A DNA stretch of 64,000 nucleotides from Anaeramoeba ignava BMAN (taxonomy: Eukaryota > Protista > Anaeramoebae): assembly GCA_028826165.1 (NCBI GenBank), contig JAPDFW010000114.1, positions 1 to 64,000 of the forward strand, in the 5' to 3' direction. Shown piece after piece: positions 49,300 through 64,000 of this stretch. How positions within the stretch are numbered: position 1 is the stretch's first letter; each line of letters begins with the position of its first letter. The notes under the pieces are model-generated. The model was not told the DNA's origin. It was given only the letters and a program-made list of their open reading frames with translations, and searched no databases. Both the position numbers and the translations under genes were made by a program.

Positions 49300-50980
49300 T
49301 TTATATTAAAATTTATATTAAAATTATTATTAAATTTAATATTAAAAATTATATTGAAATTATATTAAAATTTATATTAAAATTTATATTAAAATTATAT
49401 TAAAAATTATATTAAAATTATATAAAAAATTATATTAAAATTTATTATTAAAAATTATTAAATTTATATTAAAATTTATATTAAAATTTATATTAAAATT
49501 TATATTAAAATTATTATTAAAATTTATATTAAAATTATATTAAAATTTATATTAAAAATTATATTAAAATTTATTATTAAATATTATATTAAAATTATAT
49601 TAAAATTTATTATTAAAAATTATATTAAAAATTATATTAAAATTATTATTAAAATTTATATTAAAAATTATATTATTAAAAATTTATAAAATTATATTAA
49701 AATTATATTAAAATTTATTATTAAAATTATATTAAAATTTATATTAAAATTATATTAAAATTATTATTAAAAATTATATTAAAATTTATTAAAAAAATTA
49801 TTATTAAATATTATATTAAAATTTATATTAAAAATTTATATTAAAAATTATATTTAAATTTATAAAATTTATATTAAAATTATATTAAAATTTATTAAAA
49901 ATTATATTAAAATATTATATTAAAATATTAATTAAATATTATATTAAAATTTTTATTATAAAAAAATTAAAATTATATTAAAATTATATTAAAATTTATT
50001 ATTAAAAAATATTAAAATTATTAAAATTTATATTAAAATTATTATTATTATAAAAATTATATTAAAATTATTTTAAATTTATATTAAATATTATATTTAA
50101 ATTTATATTAAAATTTATATTAAAAATTATTATTAAAAATTTTATTATTATAAAAATTATTAAAAATTATATTAAAATTATATTAAAATTATATTAAAAT
50201 TATATTAAAATTATAAAAATTTATATTAAAATTATATTAAAATTTATATTATTAAAATTTATATTAAATTTATTATTATTAAAATTTATATTAAAATTAT
50301 ATTAAAATTTATATTATTAAAATTTATATTAAATTTATTATTATTAAAATTTATATTAAAATTTATATTAAAAATTATATTAAAATTATATTAAAATTAT
50401 ATTAAAATTATATTTATATATTAAAAATTATATTAAAATTATAATTAAAAATATTAAAATTTATATTAAAATTTATATTAAAATTTATATTAAAATTTAT
50501 ATTAAAATTTATATTAATATTTATTATTAAAATTTATATTAAAATTTATATTAAATATTATATTAAATTTATATTTATTAAAATTTATATTAAAAATTAT
50601 ATTAAAATTTATATTATTATATTAAAAAATTTATATATTAAAATTTATATTAAAATTTATATATTAAATTAAAAATTATATTAAAATTTATATTAAAATT
50701 ATATTAAAATTATATTATTAAAATTATTATTAAATATTATATTAAAATTATATTAAAATTATATTAAAATTATATTAAATTTATATTAAAATTATATTAA
50801 AAATTATATTAAAATTATATTAAAATTATATTAAAAATTATATTAAAATTATTATTAAAATTTATTATTAAAATTTATATTAAAATTTATATTAAAATTA
50901 TATTAAAATTTATATTAAAATTATATTAAAATTATATATTAAAAATTATATTAAAATTTATATTAAAAATTATATTAAAA
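49300..50980. repeat. Pure A/T 11-12-bp satellite (TATATTAAAAT) between convergent genes
   Basis: Read directly. Confidence 0.95.
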
Positions 50981-51113
50981 TTTGTTCTTTAAAAATTTAT
51001 TAAGAAAAAGAAATAAAAATTTATAAAGAAAATTGTTTCAAATTTTTGTTCCTTTCTCATAAAAAAAATGATGAAATGGTAAAGAAAAAAAAAATTATAT
51101 AATTTCTACAAAA

Positions 51114-54100
51114 TCACTTTTGATTAGGAACAAAATAACCAATTAATAAATTTCCCTCTCCAAAACCAACAATCATAAATCTTCCAGAAGCAATAACAAT
51201 TGAATAAATAATTTGATTCAATTCAAAACTATGAATCAATTTCAAATCAACTAAACTTCGAATTTGAATAATTCCTTCTCTTCCTCCAAAAACAACACAT
51301 TGAGAATCAGGAGTGATTTCCAAAGAATAAATAACTTGAGCACACGAAGCTTCCTTAAGAAGATAACCATTGATTGTAAATAGTCTGAGTTTCATATCAG
51401 AATCTGAGAATGTCAAAATATCGCCTTCATTTGAAATTTTAATAATCGAGACAGGATGTTTTTCAAACGGAAACACTGTTCGAATATGCTTGCCTTTATG
51501 AAGAGTATGTATGATGAAGCTGCCATCTTTTGAAGCACTAACAACAATATCAAAGCGGGTTTTCAAATCAACGGAATTGACCTCGCGATCATGAACCAAA
51601 AAAACATGTTTTGGCTTCTCATAAACTTTTCCTTCTTTCTCATCATATTTCCATACAATCACAGTTGTGTCTCGCGAGCCTGTGACAAGATACTCTCCGT
51701 CCAAAGCAAGACAAGTGACAACGTTTTTGTGTCTTGAAATGCTTTGGGTCATTTTCGAGTTCTCGATGCTGAAAATTTTGAAAGTGTCATCCCAAAACCC
51801 ACAACAAATAATAAATCTAGCATTGCAATCAATTGCAGCGCAACCGCTAAAGCTTCTTATATCAGGTGCAAAAGAGACACCTGCACTGGTCTTAGTTTTT
51901 AATGCGGTATCCAATTCAATAGAAAAAGGTGCTGTGCTTGTTTTTGATTCAACAAGAACCCAACGATGATTCCCGATAATTCGCTCTTTATCCATCGTGA
52001 TTATTTTATCGGATGAGCCTGTGAAGGCAACGTTATTACTCATGTGGAAAAATCCTGAAAAGATAATTGGCGTGGTGCTCACTTCTAACTTGTAGGATCG
52101 TAGACTCTTTGTTTGTGATATATCTTTCCAATCGAAAAAAACACGATTGATTTTTCGTTGAGAAAGTCGTTTTGAATGTTGGGATGTGAATAACTGCATT
52201 GGAATTTGTCCGCGCAAATCAATTTGCATTCGCGCAATTTGTTTTTGTTGTTCATCCATTTTGTCAAACTCGTTATTTTCTTCATATGCACCTGGGAAAA
52301 ATAAATTAAACGCGTTTTTGGCACTTGATCCTCTTTGTTTCGATCCAAAAATAAGATCAATCCATTCGTGCAAATGCTTGGAAACATATTCAGACTCGAG
52401 CGCTTCTCGATGAAATCGGATAAATTCTTCAGCATTCTTTGCCCATTTGGGAAGTTCTACATTGCTTAATTTGCGCCAAGATTCTCCAGAGCGTGTAAAG
52501 TTGAAATTATTTGGGTTATATAGAAACTCTGGGAGATAGAAAAACTCAGGGATAAGCTCGCTAACATTGGAGATATTTGTTTTATTGCTTTTGTTTTCAA
52601 GGAGAGATTTCCAAGTTCTGGGAATTGACGAGAAAATTTGGTATTGCCGATCCAAATATCCATCGTAATTTTTCAAAAGAATTGAAGTAAATGGTTCTAA
52701 TCGGATAAGATATCCGAGAACAATATCAGGGGTTGAATAGTGGGATTCGTGGTTGAATTCGTGAATCTTTCTCTTGCCAGATCCGTAGTGTTCCACAAAA
52801 CATTTTTTCTTGCGATTATTCAGTGCGCCAATAGGCTTCGATAAATCTCGGAATGTTTCCTGTTTGCTCAGATCCAAAACTTCCGACTCATAGTCTGCGA
52901 TAACCCACGGGAAAATTGGATACTGCGAGAAATCCTGATATGTTCTTCCTGCCAAGGTGTTGAGATGCATCAAATACTCAAAATTGGATATTTGTCTTCT
53001 TTGCCACATTTTTGTGAACTGTGTTTTCTGGATCCATTTCGATGGATCATCGCCTGAATAATCGTATTTTTGATCCTTGAGATTTGCTAGTTTGTGGTTT
53101 TGGATCATGTTGAATACTTGATTTCGCTCTTCCAAATTGGCAAAGTTCATAAACACACACTTTCTCTTTGCGAGAAAAATCTCGAGCGCTGTGTGCTCAA
53201 ATAGATATCGTCTTTTATGGATACTTTCAATTTCTTGAATATTCCATGAATAATCTTTATCGTGTATTTCCTCGATTAGATTTTCCTCTTCGTTCTTATT
53301 ATAATCCACAAAAAAATCAATTGAACTCATCGTAATCTCGAATGTTCCAATGGTTTTTGTTGAGATTGTAACGATCATGCATGTTGTTTTCATGATGATA
53401 TTTGCGGATGTTTGTTCCCGTTCGTTCTCATGAGTTTCGTAACTGAGAAACCGTGAAAATCCACTTCTCAAATTGGGTTGATCAATGAAACTAAAATTGC
53501 GATGCGATTTCATACGGAATGTTCTGTTTAAATTGGACAAGTTTTCCTTCTTCTTGTTGTCTTCTTCTTGTTGTTGCGCTTTTTTTGAGCCTCGGAAACA
53601 AACCTTGAGTTTTTTTCTTCTGCGCAAAGCATCTTCTCTCTGCTCAAGTTTCAAATAAGTGCGACTCTCTTGCTGGTTATTTTGCTCAGAAAGATTGGTT
53701 GTGTTTAAACTCCACAGATCCTTTTCCGAAATGGAATTCTCGACCATTCTTTCGAATTCCTGAAAATAGATCCGATTTTTCTTTCCCTTTTCCACTTCTG
53801 AATTGAATATTCTTTTTTTCTCTCGTTTAATCATTTTCACAATTTTCTCCTCGACATGAAGAGAGATGGATTTTATCTGAGCTTGTTGTATTTTGAAGTC
53901 GTTATTCAATTTGTCCCGAAGATGGAAAACATTATTTGTTTGTGTTTCTGAAAATTCCAAGCCATTTTGATAAATTTCAAACCGTATTTGATTAACAACA
54001 CTTGAAAAAACATTACGTGATGCGGTTTTCCATTGAGAACTACTTAAAACTTCTATGAATTTTTCTATGTCTTGGTTCAAATACAAAAACGAATTGCGAG

Positions 54101-57100
54101 AATCAATGGGAAGTAAAGAACGATCTCTATTTTCGTTTGTGAAAAGACCAACAAGAAAATTGTAGTTTTCTTGCATCAAAATTTGCAAATATTTCGCGAT
54201 AATTTTTCTTTTTGTTTGATATTCATCAGAATTTGATTGATCAAATTGTGGATCAATAGATATGCTCTCTATATTTTTCTGCGACATTCGCGGTGTTTTT
54301 GGTTCATCAAGCGGTTTTGCAATGCTTATCTCAAAAATCCCGCTTTGTTTGGGTTGCAATTTGGATTTTTGTTCAAATTCTGAATCCGTTTCTGTTTTAT
54401 GCGTGATTTCATCCTCCATTTCTTGCAAATAATAAAACAGAAACGCAAAGGAAATTGTCACAAGCTCCTGAGAATTGACAACATGCGGTATTTTATAATT
54501 CAAAGGGTTGTTGACCATATTCTTCAAATACTCAAGAAGAAACTCTGTCAACTCACAATCGGCTTTTTTGATTGTGAATAGAATAAGCAGCATGATGATT
54601 TTGTAAATTGTTCTTGTTTGGATCTTGTCTTTGGATCCGATTCCCTTTTTCCTGAAAAACCCAGCTTCGTCTAGCAAAGTCATAATATTTTGAACAAAAT
54701 TTGTTTCCAGAATATAGAATTTGGGTTTCCATGATTCAAGTGCTGTTTCAGGGAAAGTTTGGCTATTTGTTGTGTTTCGATGATACTTTTTGCTATTTCG
54801 CTTGGATCCTTGATTTCGGGTGTAAGGGCTTAGCGTTGCGTTTCTTCTGATCCTTGAAAACTGTGGTGATACTTTGGTTGTGATCATTTGATTTGAAATT
54901 GTTCGCTGCGGATTTGATAAAGCAAACCCCTTTTCGGATATATTAAACAGAAAAGCATTCAAAACATTGATTAAATAGAACAAATTGGTGATGAAATTTG
55001 TGCGTTTGATTTTCCCAGATGTTGTTTGTGATTGTTTTTCTTGGTTGATAGACTGAATAACCTCGACAACAATATCTGATATGATTCTCCTGATGATTTT
55101 GGCAATCAGTTTCTTTGTTGTCACATGAATAAGAGAAATGAACGAGAGCATTTGCTCAAATAATTCAGGGAATTTTTGGTCTAAACTTTGGAAGCAGTAC
55201 ATAAACAGCGACTTCAAAATATTGTACACAATTTGATTAATTTTTTCTTGATTTTCTTCTCGTTGTTTTTTCCGTTCAATTTCTTCGTCGTCTTCTGAAA
55301 CCTCCTCTAAATCTGCAAATGGATCTAGAGAGAGATAATCTGTTTGGTTTTCAATATTTAAAGACGACTTTCCGTGTTTTACTGATTTTTTCTTATCATC
55401 AAGAATCTCATTTTCATCTTCGATAAATTCATAAGCAAAGCTTGTTTTCTTGTTTTTGTTTTCATCTTTCTTTGTAAAAACTTGGTCTTCTTTTTCTTGG
55501 ACATCGTAATCAATCAATTCAACCATCCATTTTTGCCAAGCAAATTGAGAGATTATTTTCTCTTTGTTGAGTTTACTTTCTGAAACCAAAATGAGTAGAT
55601 TCCGCAAAATTTGTGTTACAGTCGCAGTTGGTTTCTGATTAGCTAAATGGCATATGGTTTTAAGTACAAATGGATTCTTGATAATCAGAATTGGTGAATT
55701 ATCTGTTGGTGTGAATTTTCCAATGAAAATTTCAAACAAAATCTCCAGAATATGATCTGAATGGAAATTTGCTTTTTCTATTAGAATTTTATGAATATAA
55801 TGATATATATTTTCCAAATTATCAAATTTATATCCTTCTTTTTTCACTTCTTGAATAAATTCTTCATTTTCGCTAATAAAAGAATCAAGATGGTGAATAA
55901 GTAAAAGACATGAATAAATGATGGATGTCTCTCTGAATTGCTGAATTAATTGGATAAAAGGATGGAATAACCCAACAGAAAGTAAAGGCCGGAAAAATGT
56001 CTTTGTGTTTTTGGTCACAAATTTTTTTATTAATTTCAAGGTTTCTTCAGTAAAGAGTTGCTTGTTGAAAAGAAAGCATGTGGAAAGTAATGACTCAAAA
56101 TTAACTGTGGCTTCTTCAATGCTTTGAGAGTTGTTTATTAGCGTTTCAATCATGGGAAATAGCTTTTTGGCTAATGATATGATTTGGTCTGATGAATTCT
56201 TGAAAGAAGAACTTCTGACAACTTCCGCACGTCTGTTTTTTGGGGATTTGGTTAACAGTAGGTATTCTAAATAAAGATTCGTCATAAGAGCGCAATATGA
56301 TTAATAAGTCAAATATCGTGATATCTGGTATGAAATTATCTTCAATTTTCTGATCACTTATTTCTGTTGGTTCAGTTTGTTCTGTATTTGTATTTTCTGT
56401 TTTCTCCAAGTTATTTGAATTATTTGAATTATTTTCGTAATTTTGGAAATTTGTTGTTGAATTGCTATGTTCAATTTTTGTATTTGAGGATGTTGGCAAG
56501 CAAGATAGGATCAAATCGAGTATTTGGTTTTGAATATCAAAACTACATCTGATCCAAATTGAATAATCAAAAACCAAATATGATTTGAGTTCTTTTTGGA
56601 ATTCAAGATCCTTGATATTTATCATCAGAGTTTTTATGATCTGAATAATTTTGTTGGAAAAGAATTTTGGATGAATTCTTTTGAGGATATTACTGAAAAT
56701 GGCAAATCCATGAGAAGACATCATATCCTCTCGGAAATCTGGATTGATTAATAAAACATCGCATATAATTTCTAAGAGTTGTTCAAAAAGAAATTTTGAA
56801 GCTAAGAAATTTTTTTGTTTTTTTTGATTTTCATCTTTGATATTTTCATTGTTCTTTTTCTTTTTATTATGAATGAATTGACCTTCATCCAAGAAAACAT
56901 TTGGATCATCAAATAAATTATACTTCTGTTTTGTTGATTTTTCTGGCTTTGTTTCATCCAAATCTTCTTCATTTTGTTGGAAAATCAATAATTGTTCAAT
57001 CGAGTCTTGTTCTTCAAAAAGTTCATCAATTTCGAAAATGAGTGAGAAAAATGCTTTTGTTCCTCCTAAACAATTAATAATATCGTTTATAAGCGAAATC

Positions 57101-60100
57101 GAGCATGATTCAATTTGGGAAACTGCGGATTCCTCTTTAGCAATATTTGTAGGACTTTGGTTAAAGCATATGTTTTCTTTGATTGCTTTTGAATTGAGAC
57201 AAAATAGTATTTTATCTGTTAACGTTCCATCAAGAACTTCTGCAATTTGAGGAATATTGGTTGAATTGAAATATTCAGATGATTCGCTTTCGTAGAAGAA
57301 AGATTTATAATCCGGTCCGAGATGATACATCCCTTCAATTTGATTTAGAGTTAAATCTTGAGTGAATATATATATTGTTCCCATTTGTCCATAAAAAGGA
57401 TTTTGGAAATATTCATGGCTTTTATTTTCATTTTCATTTTCATTTTCATTTTCATTTTCATTTATAAAAGGAAAGTTTGAACCAATACAATTTTTTGTAA
57501 ATTCCGTTTCAGTAATAGGATTAGGTACTTTCAGACTGAGTGATGTTTGCATCTTGCCATTAATAAATAATGCAATAATGACTTGAGAGCTTTTGCGAAT
57601 ATATTTTTGAATAAAAGAGACAAAATACCATTTTTTGGGTTTTATATCAACACTGAAATGGACATTTAACTTTTCCTTATGCTGAGGATAGAGTTGAAAA
57701 ATGAATGATTGCTGTTGACTATCCAAATCGAGGATCAACTCCATTCCTTTGTAACTATCTGTTAAAAAACTAAATATGCGTGGTTTGTAATTTTTCCGAG
57801 ACGAAAGAGAAGGTGTTCCTTGAAAATTTTCGATTCTCAACCAAGTGCAAAAAGTAAATTTCTTATCCATAAAGCTTTTGTCAAAAGAAGGAAGTTTGAT
57901 TTGAGAATTTTCGCCGCTCATATCAAAAAAGTTTGTTGGACCTTCTTGGACTTTGTTGATCATATTCCTTAATGCGAAAATCATTGAATTGGCAAATTCT
58001 TTATTTTCGTTTTTGAGCTGATGCTTTAATAAGGAAAAGTATAGCTTCAATTCAGAAACCAGAATTTTATGTGATCCAAGTTGGCCAATAAATTCCTGTA
58101 TTTTTTGGAATAAATGCAAGCTTTTTATATTGGGGATCAATCCCAGAAGAAGAAACAAAAGACCCTTTTCACAACAACAAGAAATATTATGGATCGACTT
58201 TGCTGAGATTGCTTTGAAGGTTTCCAAAACAACAAGAAAAGAGATTTGGGAAATTATTTGGTCAGGTTCTTTTAAATTTTGGTTATTATTATTATTGTTG
58301 TTGTCGTTTGTTTTCCATTCTTGGTAATCCAGTTTATTTGTGTTTTTTGTGTAAAGATGAAATATAACAAGTACAATATCCGCATTACGGATAATGAAAT
58401 TGTTGTTTATATCAAATACGCCATTATTGACCATCAAATTTAAAAGAATTTGATAGAGTTTGCCTGATGGATTTTCATTTTCTGCCTGATAAAGAAGTGT
58501 TACCAGAGAGCGAACTTGCACAATCTCCTGGAAATGAGAAAGCATTTCATCATTGTTTCTCAGAAGCTCAAGAAGCATTGAAAGAAGTGTGTAAGTCAGA
58601 TTGGTGTTTGTTGTTCTGTAATTCAATAATGTCATCAGCATGATCAACGCATTTGAATCCAAAAACAAATTTTGCAGAATGTTACGATTTTTGGGAAGCA
58701 CTTTTACAAATATTTCTAATATTCGTTTGATTGTTTCGAATTCGTATTCCAGATTATTTTGCACTTGTGTATTGTTGAAATTTTGGCTCAATACTAAAAT
58801 TTCTTCAGTCATTCCCAAAATGAAATCCTTTTGGCTGTCTCCATTTTTTTTAACATTTTCCAGTAATTTGGAGATGTGATAAAATGAGAGTTGCTGAATG
58901 TTTTTATATCGAATCAACGACACCAAAAAACGGATAATTTCTGGATGTTTAAATATTTGGTCTATATCAGGACTAGATAACAAAAAATGGAAGTTCTTAA
59001 AACACAGATAAATTGCCTTTGAAACCAATGGATGGTTGCTAATTGGATTTAATTCGGTTTTTCTCTTTTTCTCATGAAGCTCAACTGGATCGTATCCTGT
59101 TAATAATTTTAAAATATTCCGAATTGCCTCAAATCCACCATTCTTGATAATTTTATTTGCTGTATTTTGGAACTCTTTTTTCAAAATTTTGGTGATCATT
59201 TTGAGAATCTTTATCAAGAAGGGGATATTTGATACGACTTTTTGTGCTGATAGTACTTGTTTGAATAAAAAAATATAATCTAAATCATCTTGGTATGTTG
59301 TAATGATGTCAAAGAAAAATCTAAGAAGATAAGCTTGCAAATTGTTATTCATCTCAATCACTTTCGTTTTTGTTTCTTCAGAATCAGTCTATTAATAAAT
59401 TTAAAATAAATGAATAAATAAATTTTGAATAAATTTTAAATTTTCAATTATTATTTACAATAACATCTTCGCAATTCCGGACAAAATAATCAGAAAAACA
59501 AATTTCCCAACCACTATTAGATCGAAAAAATGAAAGGTTTGATTGATCTACTATTCTTTGCAATTCCAGAATAATATACATTTGAAGTTCAGGAAAAATA
59601 TTTTTAATGTAACTTTGGATTTGGTCGTTTATTGTTAGTATAGAATTTGATGATTGCAAATCAGATGGGTTTCTGAATAAATCAAGATATATTAAAATGA
59701 ATCTTTCTTGGAAAGTTGTGAGTATTCTTGATTCATCGGAAAATTTATCCAACTCTTTTATAATATAGTCATTTGGTTTTTTTTGAGAAAAATTGCTAGC
59801 TTTATGGAAATCTCTGAGGTTTTTGAATAAAGAATCAAAATAATGATGATAAAGTTTGAAATCTGAAAGCGATTTTGATATCCTTCTTTTTTCTTGTGAT
59901 CCAAAAATTTCCGATATTGGCAAAACTTTGAGTGGTTTTATGAGTTGATAATTATGAATATTTTTTTTTTGAATTTCATTATTTTCATTATTTTCATTAG
60001 TTGTTGTTGTTGTTGTTTTAATAAATTTAAATTTGCGTAATCTTTTTGCAAAATCTGGTTGGAAAGCAAAACTTGCCCAAAGAATAAAATCTCTAAGATA

Positions 60101-61526
60101 AAAAATATGAGTGATGTTCACAATTTGTTCGATGATATTTTCTTGTTGAATAAACAAAATGATGAATTTGAATGCATTTGTGCGAAGTTCGCATTCGACA
60201 TGTTTGACTGCAAATTTATCAATTTGTAAGTTATCGATGATCATTAAATTATCTTTTCGAGATATTTTTGGATCGAATACAAAAAAGTTTGTAAAGAAAA
60301 GATCTTCGAGTTGGTTAATATTGCATCTAATTGAATCGAAGAATTTTTTGAGCCGAAGTTTTTTTTGTTGTTTAATTGCTTTGTAATTTTTATATTCCTC
60401 ATTTTCTATCATTTGGATTTGATTATTTTTTTTTCCATTTTCATTTTCACTTTCACTTGAAACTCCAAGATTTGGAAGTGATGAAACTGGTGGAGCAAAA
60501 AAAGATGTTAAAAGTAAAATAATTTCAGTCTTTTCCTTTTTTTGGAAAAGTGATAATTTATAAAGATTTTCAAGAATATCAATAAATCTTAATTCAAGAT
60601 CATATTGTTTTTTTGTGAAAAGAAATGATTTTTTCAGTTGTAAATTAAAATGGAAGCAACCTAAATTTTGTTATTTTTGATATATATTTTTTTTGTAAAA
60701 AAAAATCAGAACATTTTGTTTAAATGAGGAAATTTAAATAAAATGAAAATACTAATTAATGAAGCTGATAATCTTCTGTCTTGAATAAGTTGTAAAATTT
60801 CCATATTTGGCAAAATATTTCTGTTTCTGAAAAATCTTCTTAGAATTTCCACAATTTCAAAAAGAATAAATTGAGATTCAAACAACAAATAAATTGCACG
60901 TGATGATTGAGTATTCTAGATTATAAATAAATTTTATAATTAATTTCATAAATAATTTTATAAATAGATTTTATACTCGTAAATTTAAAACTAATTTTAA
61001 TAATTCAATTGAAAGATCAAGAAAGTCCATAATTATATCAAATAATCCATAATTAAACAAACTTTGTCTATTGAATTTTGATTTAGTAAGTGTTGTTACA
61101 ACAGATAAAGAAATTAAAGATTCAAGTGAAATTTTGGGATTTTGATTTTCATTTTCATTTTCGATTTGATTTTGATTTTCATTTTCGATTTGTTCTTTTT
61201 CTTCTTTTATTATGTCTTTGTATTAAAAATATAATAAAGAAATTTGAATTAAGATGAAATTGAAAAGAAAAGAGTTATTTTTTTTATATAAATGAATAAA
61301 AACCTTGAACTAGACTTTTTGAATAAACAAGGTGGTTAAATGTGAAAAGAAGAAATTTAAGAGGATGAGCTTCTTTATTTTGAATTGCAATTTCAACCTC
61401 TTTTTGTTCAAATTTATTTTCAAATTCATAATCTTTTGATGTAGTAGTTTTTTTTGATTCTGGTGGATCCCATGAAGCAAAAACTTTTTGGAATAATAAA
61501 CAAAATTCAACATAGTTATCAGAGGA
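51114..61526 (-). CDS. Large BEACH-domain protein (neurobeachin/LRBA/Lvs-like: ARM-like, ConA, PH, BEACH, WD40); 5' end beyond the window
   Basis: BEACH motifs WQRRQISNFEYLMHLNTLAGRTYQD...YPIFPWV...ELIPEFFY...LHEWIDLIFG, PH (KRRYLFEHTALEIF), ConA (FTFCTWLRIE) and C-terminal WD40. Upstream exons are approximately 61526-61304, 61215-60977, 60915-60712 and 60660-59459, then 59388 onward with a frameshift between 56146 and 56285. The upstream exon boundaries are less certain. Confidence 0.88.
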
Positions 61527-61539
61527 CTATTTTTAAATT

Positions 61540-64000
61540 TGATTTTATAAATAATTTTATAAATAATTTTATAAATAATTTTATAAATAATTTTATAAAT
61601 AATTTAATAAATAATTTTATAAATAATTTTATAAATAATTTAATAAATAATTTTATAAATAATTTTATAATTAATTTTATATATAATTTTATTAATAATT
61701 TTATAAATAATTTAATAAATAAATTTATAAATAATTTAATAAATAAATTTATAAATAATTTAATAAATAATTTAATAAATAATTTAATAAATAATTTTAT
61801 AATTAATTTTATAATTAATTTTATATATAATTTTATATATAATTTTATAAATAATTTTATAAATAATTTTATAAATAATTTTATAATTAATTTTATAAAT
61901 AATTTTATAATTAATTTTATAAATAATTTTATAAATAATTTTATAAATAATTTTATAAATAATTTTATAAATAATTTTATAAATAATTTTATATTTAATT
62001 TTATAAATAATTTTATATATAATTTTATAAATAATTTTATAAATAATTTTATAAATAATTTTAAATTAAATTTTGAATTGAATTTTATAAATAATTTTAT
62101 AAATAATTTTATAAATAATTTTATAAATAATTTAATAAATAATTTAATAAATAATTTTATAAATAATTTAATAAATAATTTTATATATAATTTAATAAAT
62201 AATTTTATAAATAATTTTATAAATAATTTTATAAATAATTTTATAAATAATTTAATAAATAATTTAATAAATAATTTTTATATTTAATTTTATAAATAAT
62301 TTTATAAATAATTTTATAAATAATTTTATAAATAATTTTATAAATAATTTTATAAATAATTTTATAATTAATTTAATAAATAATTTTATAAATAATTTTA
62401 TAAATAATTTAATAAATAATTTTATAAATAATTTTATAAATAATTTTATATTTAATTTTATAAATAATTTTATAAATAATTTAATAAATAATTTTATAAA
62501 TAATTTTATAAATAATTTTATAAATAATTTAATAAATAATTTTATAATTAATTTAATAAATAATTTTATAATTAATTTTATAAATAATTTTATAATTAAT
62601 TTTATAAATAATTTTATAATTAATTTTATAAATAATTATATATTTAATTTTATAAATAATTTTATATATAATTTTATATATAATTTTATATTTAATTTTA
62701 TAATAAATAATTTAATAAATAATTTAATAAATAATTTAATAAATAATTTAATAAATAATTTTATAAATAATTTTATATTTAATTTTATAAATAATTTTAT
62801 ATATAATTTAATAAATAATTTAATAATTAATTTTATAAATAATTTTATAAATAATTTTATAAATAATTTTATAATTAATTTAATAAATAATTTTATAATT
62901 AATTTAATAAATAATTTTATAAATAATTTAATAAATAATTTAATAAATAATTTTATAAATAATTTTATAAATAATTTTATAAATAATTTTATATTTAATT
63001 TTATATTTAATTTTATAAATAATTTTATAAATAATTTTATTAATAATTTTATAAATAATTTTATATTTAATTTTATATTTAATTTTATAATTAATTTTAT
63101 AATTAATTTAATAAATAATTTTATAAATAATTTTATAATTAATTTTATAAATAATTTTATAAATAATTTTATAAATAATTTAATAATTAATTTTATAAAT
63201 AATTTTATAAATAATTTTATAAATAATTTTATAAATAATTTTATAAATAATTTTATATTTAATTTAATAAATAATTTTATATATAATTTTATATATAATT
63301 TTATAAATAATTTTATAAATAATTTTATAATTAATTTTATTAATAATTTTATATTTAATTTTATATTTAATTTTATAAATAATTTTATTAATAATTTTAT
63401 TAATAATTTTATAAATAATTTTATATTTAATTTTATATTTAATTTTATAATTAATTTTATAATTAATTTAATAAATAATTTTATAAATAATTTTATAATT
63501 AATTTAATAAATAATTTTATAAATAATTTTATAAATAATTTAATAAATAATTTTATATATAATTTTATAATTAATTTTATAATTAATTTTATAAATAATT
63601 TTATAATTAATTTTATAAATAATTTTATAAATAATTTTATAAATAATTTTATATATAATTTAATAAATAATTTAATAAATAATTTTATAAATAATTTAAT
63701 ATTTAATTTTATAAATAATTTTATAAATAATTTTATAAATAATTTAATAAATAATTTAATAAATAATTTAATAAATAATTTAATAAATAATTTAATATTT
63801 AATTTTATATTTAATTTTATATATAATTTTATATTTAATTTTATAAATAATTTTATATTTAATTTTATAAATAATTTAATAAATAATTTTATAAATAATT
63901 TTATATATAATTTTTATATATAATTTTATATTTAATTTTATAATAAATAATTTAATAAATAATTTAATAAATAATTTAATAAATAATTTAATAAATAATT
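61540..64000. repeat. Pure A/T 12-bp satellite (ATAAATAATTTT), probably an intron of the BEACH gene
   Basis: Tandem array directly 5' (minus strand) of an AG acceptor at 61528-61527. Confidence 0.92.

Noticed and set aside
21000-56290. Programmed frameshifting or an altered genetic code as an explanation for the many broken ORFs
   Set aside because: The breaks that can be localised (about 21016, 22630, 24270, 24980, 27780, 28095, 29310, 46280) fall in homopolymer runs, typical of long-read error, and the one near 56240 probably does too. TAA, TAG and TGA all act as normal stops.

Overview
This is extremely AT-rich eukaryotic (protist) genomic DNA with GT-AG spliceosomal introns and kilobase-scale short-period satellites in introns and intergenic spacers. 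The expanded RCC1-BTB, ankyrin-BTB and BTB-TLDc families, the (NQ)n/(EN)n tracts and the TCATTT initiator-like motifs resemble the metamonad Anaeramoeba; that assignment is inference only. Housekeeping genes: TAF5 (3' end), a Bub2/Cdc16 TBC GAP, SCAR/WAVE, a thioredoxin-TPR protein, a Ras GTPase, RPL21, ERH, a WD40-BAR-SH3 protein, a RanBP9/10-like protein and a large BEACH protein. Among them lie about ten BTB-domain genes or fragments with variable repeat domains (ANK, RCC1, ARM) or TLDc. The main finding is a pair of head-to-head ankyrin-BTB genes (41855-43564 minus, 44034-47348 plus), whose repeat exons are missing from the ORF track. Each ankyrin repeat sits on its own 93-96-nt phase-0 exon. 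The two beta-hairpin-tip residues between repeats (the xx of D-x-x-G-x-T-P, which are target-contact positions randomised in DARPins) are each encoded by a separate single-codon microexon, AG|NNN|GT. There are 19 such microexons in the two genes and one more in the thioredoxin-TPR gene. Many single-base frameshifts fall in homopolymers and are probably assembly errors.
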